From a virus, in the IMG/VR virus record IMGVR_UViG_3300049893_001984, positions 32,001-96,000 of that record: a DNA stretch of 64,000 nt. One strand, 5' to 3'. Each line of letters starts with the position of its first letter. The first letter of the stretch is position 1. Positions 37,588 to 46,965 of the stretch are shown here, one piece after another. Position numbers and translations under genes: made by a program. A model generated the notes under the pieces. That model was given only the letters and a program-made list of their open reading frames with translations, had not been told where the DNA came from and did no database searches.

Positions 37588-38331
37588 TTATTGCTGCTGC
37601 TGCGGACCACTAAATGCACCCATGAGAGAGTTTGCGGCCATACCAGTAGCCGCTTGTCCGCCAATATTCATAGCTTGATTACCAGCCCAACCTCGCCAGG
37701 TTGTCGGTGAAGTTGCTCCAGGCGCTACTGAGCCTACGCCTGTCAAGCTTTTTGCTGTGTTGCCAACCCAGCCAGCCGCCCTACCAAGGTAGGGTAGAGC
37801 CCTGGCGCCCCAGGTAGCCGCAGTTGCTAGAATCGGAGCCCATGCTTCCTTTTCCATACCACGTGACTGAGCAAGCTTCATGAGCAAAATAGCCTCTTTT
37901 TCAGATCGTACCATAGACGCGGCCTTAATGAAGGCCTTGTTCTCTTGAGCTTGTTTACTGAAGGCAATCAAGTCACCCAGGTAAGAAACCTTAGCAGAAG
38001 AGGGTCTGTTAGACAAGCGTGCACATGCTTCCTTCACCGCATCAAGCTGCTTCTTCTGGCGCTTTTTGAATTGGTCGCCTTTTTCGTACTTCTTAACGTC
38101 TTTAGCTTGAAACTTCTTTCTGGCTGGAAGGTCTTGGTACTTAGTCTCAGCCTCCTCGGGCTCTTCTGGTTCTTTCATCTGGCTCTCCTTTGTACTTTCT
38201 TCAACTTTGTCTGGAAGTGATTTTATATCCTTGGTGTGGTGCGCCCATCTACGAGCGGTACCTTTGGGCAGTTCGCCTTTAGCCTCTGCTGCAAACATAA
38301 ACCTCTGTTGTGCCTTGGACTTAAATGGCAT
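37588..38331 (-). CDS. Putative internal head protein (MPFKSKAQ N-terminal module)
   Basis: 247 aa; dense KEAC/KQAQ/KAAS/KLAQ/KEAW motifs; amphipathic C-terminal peptide. Confidence 0.6.
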   Translation of the reverse strand: MPFKSKAQQRFMFAAEAKGELPKGTARRWAHHTKDIKSLPDKVEESTKESQMKEPEEPEEAETKYQDLPARKKFQAKDVKKYEKGDQFKKRQKKQLDAVKEACARLSNRPSSAKVSYLGDLIAFSKQAQENKAFIKAASMVRSEKEAILLMKLAQSRGMEKEAWAPILATAATWGARALPYLGRAAGWVGNTAKSLTGVGSVAPGATSPTTWRGWAGNQAMNIGGQAATGMAANSLMGAFSGPQQQQ

Positions 38332-38333
38332 TT

Positions 38334-39080
38334 TTAGCCCTCGCTGTATAAGGCCCTATCTATGGCTGTCTCTGCTCGAGATGCAATGTGGCTTCCTTCT
38401 TTGCCAAGTATAGCATCTTTCAATCCACTCAAGCCATAAGATATACCAGTAACAGGGTGCATGATACCGTGAAGCGTTTGAAGTGGAAGCCCTAAGAGGC
38501 CATACTTTTCCCGGATCTCTTTCTGTTTATTGTCAAAACTGTTTATATCTCCCTTTAACCCTTCCTTAAAGCTACTAAAGTAGCCCCTTCTACCCATTTT
38601 GTACTCAGGGTCGTGCAGAGGGTTAGTGGCCAGGGAGCCTGCGTCAAAAATAGTGGATAATGCTGTGGCTGAAGGCAGGACTGGATGCAAGAGGGCATGT
38701 GAAACGGACATAGGGGCCCCAACCAGTTTTGCTGCCCCGTAGTTTAGTGCCCCGTGGCCTAGCCCAAACTTTAGAGCAGCCCCAGCACTAGTCGGAAAAC
38801 TGCTTGGATTTCTACCTTGCCCTGCATGAGAGTAAGCTTCGCTGGACAAGACTTGTTCGTTCTTCAGAAGCTTTTCACGTTCTTTGTCTAAATAAGGCGT
38901 AAGCCGGTCAGACTTTACTTTACCAGAGTCCAGGGCATTTCTTGCCTTTTCTTTGGCGATTGAATCAAGCTCTTCGTGTACATCATCTGGACCTATATCG
39001 CCCCTGTTGATTCTATCCAACAGTTCACGCATACGAGGGTCAGCTCGCCGCCGCATAATCTCTACAAGTGATTCCGGCAT
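38334..39080 (-). CDS. Putative membrane-associated virion protein
   Basis: 248 aa; Gly/Leu-rich hydrophobic segments; SD GAGGA. Confidence 0.55.
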   Translation of the reverse strand: MPESLVEIMRRRADPRMRELLDRINRGDIGPDDVHEELDSIAKEKARNALDSGKVKSDRLTPYLDKEREKLLKNEQVLSSEAYSHAGQGRNPSSFPTSAGAALKFGLGHGALNYGAAKLVGAPMSVSHALLHPVLPSATALSTIFDAGSLATNPLHDPEYKMGRRGYFSSFKEGLKGDINSFDNKQKEIREKYGLLGLPLQTLHGIMHPVTGISYGLSGLKDAILGKEGSHIASRAETAIDRALYSEG

Positions 39081-39099
39081 AACTTATTCCTCGAAACAA

Positions 39100-39126
39100 G
39101 ACAACCCAGGTATATCCTGGGCTGTC
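39100..39126 (-). terminator. Intergenic hairpin / weak terminator
   Basis: Minus strand GACAGCCCAGG-ATATA-CCTGGGTTGTC (one G.U pair) followed by TTGTTT. Confidence 0.55.
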
Positions 39127-39167
39127 TCATCTTCTTATAAAAACGCCTTGTGTTCAATACTGATTAT

Positions 39168-39623
39168 CTACTCTTCCGGACTCTCAAGATTTGAGTCAAG
39201 TTCTTTACCCTCAAGCTGGTAACTGAGTTCGAGCCATGCCTCAATGTTGTTAGAGCTCTTACCCTGCTGCTCATAGTGTTTCATGACTTCTCTGAAGCGC
39301 GAGATGAAACTCGCTTTTACTTTGCCCTGCCACGCTCGGATCTCAAACTCACCGTCATCGTTACGACACACCTTCTTTTCAAGCCAGCGCTGAATAGAGA
39401 CTACCTGCAGGCTTCCAGTTTCATCAGCGGCGGTGTACGGTTGAAAGTTCGGCGGTACAAGCGGTTGTCCTGATCCGTTAAAAGGGAACAACAGAATAGG
39501 TTGCCGGAACAAAGCGTTAAGCATCCCAACAGACGCGCGCGACAACTTCAGCTCCATCTTTTTCTCCTCCGAGGGCTTGAACCTCTTGGCCATTCGTAGA
39601 CTTCTTATCTTGCGGTTACCCAT
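39168..39623 (-). CDS. Hypothetical protein
   Basis: 151 aa; the second Met (MAKRFKP) is a plausible alternative start. Confidence 0.55.
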   Translation of the reverse strand: MGNRKIRSLRMAKRFKPSEEKKMELKLSRASVGMLNALFRQPILLFPFNGSGQPLVPPNFQPYTAADETGSLQVVSIQRWLEKKVCRNDDGEFEIRAWQGKVKASFISRFREVMKHYEQQGKSSNNIEAWLELSYQLEGKELDSNLESPEE

Positions 39624-39665
39624 GCCGGAGATGGTAGCGCTGTCGTTATATCCGTCAAGCAGCTT

Positions 39666-40493
39666 TCACTTCTTGGGAATAAGCTTTGGCTTTTTCTTGG
39701 GTCCTCGCCACTCAACCTCTTGATACCATCTTCTCCCATTACGCAGAGCGAAAATTGTTTGCACGCCCTCGGTAGCAAAACCAGCATGGATTTCATCGTT
39801 TTCGTGAACCATGGTCTCACCGTACTGCCATTCAGTTTGACCTTTTGCTCCCTTGTCTACGCACACTATTTTCCACTTACCATCCACCCGTTTAACTTTG
39901 GCTTCAATGGTATCCAGTGTCGTATTTATGCAGACAAGCTTTGTTTTGTCGTAAAGGTTTATAACAGATTTTATATCATCAACATGCAAGGAGGATGACC
40001 AATTGCCAACTGATGGGAACATGGTTGGAAGATCGATTAACATCTCGGCGTTAAATTTCGTAGCATGGGCAATACCTAAAGCATGCCCAATCTCGTGGAG
40101 CAAAACTCCGTCCAGAACATCGTCATCTACTTCGTTTCTAATTTCAATTCTAGCTGCTTGCATCACGGATGTGTCTTCAGCAATGCAAGGGGTGGTGTAT
40201 CCCACAATGAAGAAAGGATACTGCCACTGTGCGTCTCGCTTAACTAAAATATGCGCATCACCACAAGGAGCTTCAGTGAACTGTACTACTCCGAACGTCT
40301 CTTTCTGCCAAGTAGCGAACGCCTTGGCTGCTGCCTCATGCAGCTTGTCATTAGGGTCGTGGCTCTCGACACGCCACGTAAGTTGTTGCGGTTCTTTCCA
40401 GCGAAGAGGTTTACCTTCCTCATTTACGAAGTACTCAAAGGCACTAGCGAATCCAGAAGACAGTGCCAGCACTACTGTAATCACTGTTTTCAT
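39666..40493 (-). CDS. Secreted matrixin-like Zn metallopeptidase (metzincin)
   Basis: 275 aa; signal-peptide-like MKTVITVVLALSSGFASA; HEIGHALGIAH (40065-40097); Met-turn PTMFP. Confidence 0.85.
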   Translation of the reverse strand: MKTVITVVLALSSGFASAFEYFVNEEGKPLRWKEPQQLTWRVESHDPNDKLHEAAAKAFATWQKETFGVVQFTEAPCGDAHILVKRDAQWQYPFFIVGYTTPCIAEDTSVMQAARIEIRNEVDDDVLDGVLLHEIGHALGIAHATKFNAEMLIDLPTMFPSVGNWSSSLHVDDIKSVINLYDKTKLVCINTTLDTIEAKVKRVDGKWKIVCVDKGAKGQTEWQYGETMVHENDEIHAGFATEGVQTIFALRNGRRWYQEVEWRGPKKKPKLIPKK

Positions 40494-40508
40494 ATAAACT
40501 CCATTGCG

Positions 40509-41171
40509 TTACACCGAAGCAGCCGCCGTAGCTGCTGCCTCAGCCTCTGTGTCAGCTGTATCGTACGCACTCTGCACCAATGTGACCCTCGAAGCACACG
40601 CAGCAGCTGAAGCCTCGGCCGATGTAAGGCTAGAGAGGGCAACCGCCGCTGCATTCGTTTTATCTGTCAGATCGGCTTGAGCTGCAGCCAAATCGTCTTG
40701 TAGACCCGTGTTGTTGGGGTCTGCATCCAACGCTGCTTGAGCCGCTGCAACAGCAGCGGTAGCACTGACAACCTGCGCATCTGCAGCATCTTTACTCGCT
40801 TCAGCCGCTACGACCAAAGTATCTGCCGCGTCCTTTTCTGCTTGTGCTATTGTTAACCTGGCCTGAATTTGTGACGCCTTTTGGGCCGCCTGAGCTGCCC
40901 TGTGCCGGAATGTTGCTTTATCCAGGGCGGATGCTATATCCGTCGCCAGGTCAGGGTACTCCGGTACAAGCGCCAAGAGTTGAGTCCAGGACATGGACAA
41001 GCGTTCTAACGGTGTCTTCTTGACAATAGTCCCGTTTTCTGCAAACACGACTTCTCGCTCCCAATGAATCATGGGGACAAGATTAACTGTCGAAAAAACC
41101 GTAAATTGAGCAGTCCGCTCTGTCTTAGCATAAGTCGTGTTGACTGTTTCAGTCCCAATGCTAACAGCCAT
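40509..41171 (-). CDS. Putative fibre-associated protein with Ala-rich coiled coil
   Basis: 220 aa directly downstream of the large fibre gene; compact N-domain, then about 130 aa Ala/Asp/Gln helix. Confidence 0.55.
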   Translation of the reverse strand: MAVSIGTETVNTTYAKTERTAQFTVFSTVNLVPMIHWEREVVFAENGTIVKKTPLERLSMSWTQLLALVPEYPDLATDIASALDKATFRHRAAQAAQKASQIQARLTIAQAEKDAADTLVVAAEASKDAADAQVVSATAAVAAAQAALDADPNNTGLQDDLAAAQADLTDKTNAAAVALSSLTSAEASAAACASRVTLVQSAYDTADTEAEAAATAAASV

Positions 41172-41182
41172 GGTTCTCTCCT

Positions 41183-44100
41183 TTAACCAACTCTTTGAAC
41201 GGTAAGGGTCGTGTTACCGTCTGCGACCAGTGTACTGCCAGAATCCTGGCGAGCAACAAGTTCAAAGAAATCATTTGCAGCACAGTTTACAACCGCAGAA
41301 AAGCTGACGTACGTCGTTTGCGAGGCCGCAGTGTTAGCCTGGGTATCGCTTGCACATGGAACGACTGAATTGTTCCACAATATGTAGCCTCTTCTATTAC
41401 CCGTAGAATTTGTTCCGAATGATATAAATCCAATCACCAGGTAACGACCAGCGATCGGAACAGTAATCCTGGTGTTATTAGTGGTAGGATCGTGCATAGC
41501 ATGAGTGTCAAAATTCTCAGTCGCACTTGATCCAAACGCTATAGTGGTATCAGACCCGCTTGTTATGTTTACTGTGGTGGCGTTCAAGCGGCATTGACAG
41601 GCTACATCGCTGGTAACCAAGTCAACAACAGTACCACCATTCTCCGATACTCTAAACTTATTCGGAGTAGAATCGTAGTAAAGCTTGCCCTGTGAGGACG
41701 CTGAGCCATTCTTTCCGTTGGTGGCTATATTATCAAAATTCCATGCACCATACTTATCAATAGTAGCCCTTGTCGAACTGGAGTTGAATTCAGCTGTCTT
41801 AAACCGGATAGACCCTCCACTTACTGAAGAAGAGCCACCAACACCACTTTCGATAGATAAAACACCACCTACCCCGCTATTCCCAGCGGTTACACTGGCT
41901 GTTCCTCCGTTTCCAGCGCGCAGGAACAGGTCGCCACCAGCTCCAGCAGCTGCAGTGGTTGATCCGCCGCCAGTTCCTGCTTGCAATATAACTTGTCCGC
42001 CAAAACCTCCGGTGCCTCCAGCAGACGACGCAGCACCACCAGTTCCTGCTATAAAGCTAAAGCCGCCACCCGAGCCGCCAGCTCCCGTAGAAACAGCACC
42101 GCCTGTTCCGCTGTTTATTGTAACGTCATTACCTAAACCACCTGAACCTGTAGTGTTTGATCCGCCGCTACCACATATAAGGCTCAAAGCACCACCAGCT
42201 CCGCTTGTACCTCCAACAGTTGTTCCACCTGAACCGGTGGTCAAAGTGAGTGCTCCACCGGCTCCAGAGGTACCTGCTCCAGACGTGTTTCCCGCAGTGC
42301 CCGAAGTAATGTTTACAGCGCCGCCACTACCAGCAGTGCCGCTAGCCGTGCCGCCTCCAGCACCAGCGGTTAGGTAAGCTGCACCACCGTTGCCAGCATT
42401 GAAAGTAGAGGTTGCGGTAGAACCATTGCCAGCAATAAGCCTAGCTAATCCGCCTGTACCTGCACTGGCATTAGACCCAACAGTATTACCTCCGTTACCA
42501 GCCGTAATAACTGCCGCGCCGCCTTGATTACTGATTCCAGCACCAGAAGCGGCTCCAGCGTTTCCAGCTGTGATATTTATGGCTCCGCCCAGGCCACATG
42601 TTCCAGTTGTAGTGGATCCACCATTTCCGGAACGAAGTGTCAACGCGCCTCCAGCAGTAGCGGTTGCTCCGTCAGAAGTGCGCCAAACCGTGGTTGTGGG
42701 ATTTGTCGTTGTATTCCCGCCGCCTACAACAAAATCAGTGTAATATGCAAATCCTGTTGCTCCGATCATGACCTGTGCGGCAGCAGAAGTTGTAGAGCCA
42801 TAGCCAAGTGCGATAGACCCAGTATGGCCGCTGGCAATAGTGCAACTCTCGCCTATGCACACAGCTTCTGAAGTGCTGACGTTCAATGTATTGCCAACCA
42901 ACACATTGCGCTGCGCTATGGTGTCACCAATTCTTAAATCGTAACCAACAAGTGTATTAGTAGAATTATTCGACGTTCCCAAGTTAATGGTGTTACCAAT
43001 TACCGTATTGCCAGTACCACTAACAACCCCAGTCAGGACATGCGACTGGCCAATAAACGTATTAGCACCACCGGTCCCGCCCCAGCCTGGGACCACAAAG
43101 TACGCCTTTGACAGTGCATCAAGACTAGCCGTAGTGACAGTTAGGGTGCCCGGAAGACCGCCTCCAGATCCGGCCCCCATAATAATCTTTAATGCTCCAC
43201 CGGTTCGAGAAGAGAGCGATTGTGCTGCTCCAGTGGTGATGTTTACTGCACCGCCAGCCGCATTTCCGGAGCCTTGGGCTGAGCCTGCTCCAGCAGTGAT
43301 ATTGACTGCACCACCATCGCCTGCTCCATTTGGAGAAGAGCTGACGCCAGCAGAGGCGGTGACCGCAACCGCTGTCCCGGTAGCAGGGCCAGACGCAGCC
43401 GCGTTTGCAACAACGCCTGTTGCAGTGATTGTACCAGTGGTCGTCGCAGAAAGAGTAGCACCAGCACCAACAACCATTGCAGCAGTTGTGTTAGTTCCGC
43501 TAGTGAGTGCGCTAAATGCGGCTCCGCTGGATGGGGTAGCCCAAGTAGGCACACCACCAGAAACAGTCAAAACCTGGCCAGCAGTTCCAACTGCAAGTTT
43601 AGAAAAGGCTGTCGTGGTGCTAGCGTAAATAAGATCGCCCACTGCGTAGGAAGCGAAGCCAGTGCCGCCGTTGGTTGCTGCAAGTGTTCCTGTCACGCTG
43701 CTTGTATTGGACAGGGTTATGGCAGACCAAGAAGGTACGCCGCCAGAAACAACCAAAACCTGTCCAGCGGTGCCAATGGCTAGTTTGCTTAACGTATTAG
43801 TCGCCGAGCAGTAGAGCGTATCTCCTGTTGTAAACGTATTGAAGCTCGTTCCACCACTTGTTACCGGCAGCGCTGTTGTTAGCGCCAAACTGCCTACAGA
43901 AAGCGTTCCTGCACTAAACGTGAAGGTGGAACTGCTACCAAGGGTGGAATCACCTGTCCAATAAGCAACTCGAGTATTTACGCCTGTTCCCGCAGATGCC
44001 CCAGAAAAGCGAACCCAGGCGCCGCCTAGGTATCCCTCAATCCCTGGCGCACTTGAGTTGTACCGTATCATCCCATTAATAGGGGTTACAGGACTTGCAC

Positions 44101-45478
44101 TGTCCAGAAGCAAGGCCCGTGTAATTTGGACATAATCAGGGTGTGACCACTTGAGCGCCAAAGAAGGAGTCGGTTCTCCGTCGTAAAGCTCTCTTTCATA
44201 GAAGAAAACAGAGTCAGTGAGGATAGAAGAGCCATTACCAGCGGACGCTTTTCCATTCCCCTTTAAAGTAAAACGAGCCAACGAGTCCCCTGTGACGTAC
44301 GGAGCAAAAGCTACGTCTGTGGCTGCCGCCACCATAGGAACGAGTTGCCCGTCCGATTGTATGGTACATACATTACGGGTATTGGCGTAGCTGTATACGG
44401 CAAGGGCTCGACCACTGCCGTAGATATGCACATCGTCCCATATACTCAGATGATAGACAGCGTCCTTAGACCAAGCTATCTCCGTATAACCAGCGCCACC
44501 TGTCGTGGATTCAAGCGAAATTACCTGGTCGCCTTCTTTAGTCAGACCTATCTGCGCGGTTGACGAAACTCTACCGGTTGTGGCCCAGTCTAATACAGAA
44601 TTGCTACCAGGGTCCAGAAGCTGACGATTTTCCCAGGTCAAAGCGGAGTTGTTAGAAGTATCCTGTAAAGTACGACCAAAAAGGTCAATAGATCCTACGG
44701 GGGTGGCAGTGCCATCTCCGGCAGTTATCACTCCATCTGTTTGCACTATGACCCGATTGAACGAGTCTCCGGTCACAAAAGTTGCATAGGCAGGGTCGGT
44801 TGAAACACCTCTAGTTAGCAGCAAATAACTTGTAAAAGTCAGGTCGCTGCTTCCAGTTAAGGCCGACGCGCCTGACCAATAAGCAACTTGATTGGCTGCG
44901 CCAGATCCAGTGATTGAGCCACCAGTAGTAAACGAGACCCAGCTGGATCCGTTGTAACCCTCAAAATCAGAGCCTGTCCAGCGAATCTGACCAGCAGCAT
45001 CGGTAGCTGCGCTGGTCCCTATCTGAATTTTACTTGTGCTTGTATTTATGAGCCCAGGGGTTGTCCAATCCAAGGCAGTGCTGGCATCGCTAGCTTTAAG
45101 CTGCCGTGCTGTCCATTCCAAAGAGCTTACAGCACCTGAATCTTTGAGTAACCGGTTCTCCCAGTCAAAGGCGACGTTAGCACCTGAATCTGTAAGGGTT
45201 CTATCGTTTGTACCGGTTCCACCGTTGGCGACAGGCAGAATGCCAGTAAGACCGCTACCAATACTGGGAAGGTCACCAGTAACGAGGGCTCTCCACGTAG
45301 GGGCACCAGACGCTCCATTCGGGGAGGCAAAAACTCTGTTTGCTGCTTGTGATTGTGTGAGCCCACCGGGGGTCACGGCAAGCGTAGTTGACGCACCGTA
45401 AGTTTCAGCGGTAGTCGCTAGCTCAACTGTGCCCCTCTGCGTGGTAGTGGATTCTGTAACTTGTTTTCCGCTAATCAT
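41183..45478 (-). CDS. Long tail fibre / adhesin with Gly-rich beta repeats and C1q/TNF-like C-terminal domain
   Basis: The track starts at GTG 45523; ATG 45478 after AAGGAG is preferred (1431 aa). 16 GGxxxIxAGxG-type repeats; YadA-head-like IG/VG repeats; C-terminal ITVPIAGRYLVIGFISF...SAVVNCAANDFFEL. Confidence 0.75.
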   Translation of the reverse strand: MISGKQVTESTTTQRGTVELATTAETYGASTTLAVTPGGLTQSQAANRVFASPNGASGAPTWRALVTGDLPSIGSGLTGILPVANGGTGTNDRTLTDSGANVAFDWENRLLKDSGAVSSLEWTARQLKASDASTALDWTTPGLINTSTSKIQIGTSAATDAAGQIRWTGSDFEGYNGSSWVSFTTGGSITGSGAANQVAYWSGASALTGSSDLTFTSYLLLTRGVSTDPAYATFVTGDSFNRVIVQTDGVITAGDGTATPVGSIDLFGRTLQDTSNNSALTWENRQLLDPGSNSVLDWATTGRVSSTAQIGLTKEGDQVISLESTTGGAGYTEIAWSKDAVYHLSIWDDVHIYGSGRALAVYSYANTRNVCTIQSDGQLVPMVAAATDVAFAPYVTGDSLARFTLKGNGKASAGNGSSILTDSVFFYERELYDGEPTPSLALKWSHPDYVQITRALLLDSASPVTPINGMIRYNSSAPGIEGYLGGAWVRFSGASAGTGVNTRVAYWTGDSTLGSSSTFTFSAGTLSVGSLALTTALPVTSGGTSFNTFTTGDTLYCSATNTLSKLAIGTAGQVLVVSGGVPSWSAITLSNTSSVTGTLAATNGGTGFASYAVGDLIYASTTTAFSKLAVGTAGQVLTVSGGVPTWATPSSGAAFSALTSGTNTTAAMVVGAGATLSATTTGTITATGVVANAAASGPATGTAVAVTASAGVSSSPNGAGDGGAVNITAGAGSAQGSGNAAGGAVNITTGAAQSLSSRTGGALKIIMGAGSGGGLPGTLTVTTASLDALSKAYFVVPGWGGTGGANTFIGQSHVLTGVVSGTGNTVIGNTINLGTSNNSTNTLVGYDLRIGDTIAQRNVLVGNTLNVSTSEAVCIGESCTIASGHTGSIALGYGSTTSAAAQVMIGATGFAYYTDFVVGGGNTTTNPTTTVWRTSDGATATAGGALTLRSGNGGSTTTGTCGLGGAINITAGNAGAASGAGISNQGGAAVITAGNGGNTVGSNASAGTGGLARLIAGNGSTATSTFNAGNGGAAYLTAGAGGGTASGTAGSGGAVNITSGTAGNTSGAGTSGAGGALTLTTGSGGTTVGGTSGAGGALSLICGSGGSNTTGSGGLGNDVTINSGTGGAVSTGAGGSGGGFSFIAGTGGAASSAGGTGGFGGQVILQAGTGGGSTTAAAGAGGDLFLRAGNGGTASVTAGNSGVGGVLSIESGVGGSSSVSGGSIRFKTAEFNSSSTRATIDKYGAWNFDNIATNGKNGSASSQGKLYYDSTPNKFRVSENGGTVVDLVTSDVACQCRLNATTVNITSGSDTTIAFGSSATENFDTHAMHDPTTNNTRITVPIAGRYLVIGFISFGTNSTGNRRGYILWNNSVVPCASDTQANTAASQTTYVSFSAVVNCAANDFFELVARQDSGSTLVADGNTTLTVQRVG

Positions 45479-45567
45479 GAGTAGGGCGCTCCTTCCTTTT
45501 CCATCACTAAACCAGCCCCGCACTGCGCGGGGCCGGTTTATAGTGAAGGTTACGGACTACTGCAATA

Positions 45568-46953
45568 TTACTGCAGGAGCGAGTTATACACGACATCGAT
45601 TTTATCGGTAGTAGCCAACTGGTAACCAGCCACCGAGCCGTTCCAACGTATTGTATCGCCAGACACAATGTCGTTGAACTGACGGGCCGTCGCAGTGTCG
45701 CCAGCGCCGATATATGCTTCTCCAGAGTTGTTTTCAGTGACATAAACCTTTACGCCGTTAACAAAAATACTTACACCGCTGTCAAGTGCTGGCGTCTTGG
45801 TCAACGTGGTTGCCGTAGCCTTGTCATTGTCAGTGGTGGTAGCAAGTGCCGTAAGGTTGGATTTGTCCTTGATCGGCTCAGCCGCGTATACACCAGCCGA
45901 GGTTACACCGATGGAGTTGTTTCTCGGCTTAACAGAGATATTGGTGGTGTTATCCTGGATACCATTGCCCGCAAGGGAGGTTGTGTCCAGCTTGAGCTCA
46001 CCAGAGCCGTTAAAGTCTATCAAGCTTTGAGTAGCATCAACCTTGATAAACAGCTCGTTGTTACCATCCTGGTCAATACCCTTGTTTTCATCGCAGATGT
46101 CGCCAAGCTTCGCCGCCGTAACCGCGTTGGCATTGATCTTGGCAGTCGTAATACCAAGGTCTTTGACCTGAACAGCATTCGTTGCTATTTCAACAGTAGA
46201 GTCGTCAACATTAACTTTGATACCGCTGGCAGTAAGACCGACAGCTCCGGATCCATCGCGCTTAACAATCACGCTATTAGGGCTAACCGTCAGCGAGTTG
46301 TCACCAGTAGCAAAGTCAATCGTGTTACCAGACTGTGTGAGACCGGCACCAGCAACAATCGCAGCTGCGCCAGTGAACTGCACCCACAGATCTGTACCTG
46401 CGCCATTGTCGTCGAAGACAAACCCGTTGTTCTCGTAGTAGCTGGCTTCACCAACCACAAGCAGGGCGTCACCATCAACAGGGCTATACAGCGTGGGGGT
46501 GTTGGACGAGCCGGAGAAGGTTGCAACCTTGGTCTCGTCCGTACCGTCAGTCAACGGGGAGAAAAGGGTGCCATCACCAACCACAACACGAGTATTAGCT
46601 GCAACAAACCCGCCAGACCCTGAAACGATCTTGAGCCAGGCTGTCCCGCTATACTCAACCAGGTCGCCAGCCACCACAGCGAGAGAGCCGGTAGTCAACG
46701 TGCCGCTGTCTGTGACAACGTAAGAATCGCCGCCAGCAGGGGTTAGTGCGTTTATCTGGGCAACCGTGCGGTTACCGAGATAGCTCCTAACCGCAACAGG
46801 AGACTTCCAGTTAAGGCCGACAATGGCGGCATCAACGTCGGCTTTACGAGCCGCATCGTTGGCGGCCGTAGGCGCGGCGAGGTTGGTGATTTTCTTGCTG
46901 TTAAGATTGAGGTCATCGCTAAAGCGAAGTTGTTTGCCTTCAATTCTGGGCAT
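45568..46953 (-). CDS. Fibre protein (paralog of 48613..50229)
   Basis: 461 aa; IEGKQL N-terminus; KITNLAAPTAANDAARKADVD stalk motif; LNWKSPV; shared C-terminal NG...GD...NGSVAGYQL domain. Confidence 0.7.
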   Translation of the reverse strand: MPRIEGKQLRFSDDLNLNSKKITNLAAPTAANDAARKADVDAAIVGLNWKSPVAVRSYLGNRTVAQINALTPAGGDSYVVTDSGTLTTGSLAVVAGDLVEYSGTAWLKIVSGSGGFVAANTRVVVGDGTLFSPLTDGTDETKVATFSGSSNTPTLYSPVDGDALLVVGEASYYENNGFVFDDNGAGTDLWVQFTGAAAIVAGAGLTQSGNTIDFATGDNSLTVSPNSVIVKRDGSGAVGLTASGIKVNVDDSTVEIATNAVQVKDLGITTAKINANAVTAAKLGDICDENKGIDQDGNNELFIKVDATQSLIDFNGSGELKLDTTSLAGNGIQDNTTNISVKPRNNSIGVTSAGVYAAEPIKDKSNLTALATTTDNDKATATTLTKTPALDSGVSIFVNGVKVYVTENNSGEAYIGAGDTATARQFNDIVSGDTIRWNGSVAGYQLATTDKIDVVYNSLLQ

Positions 46954-46965
46954 GGGTTACTCTCC

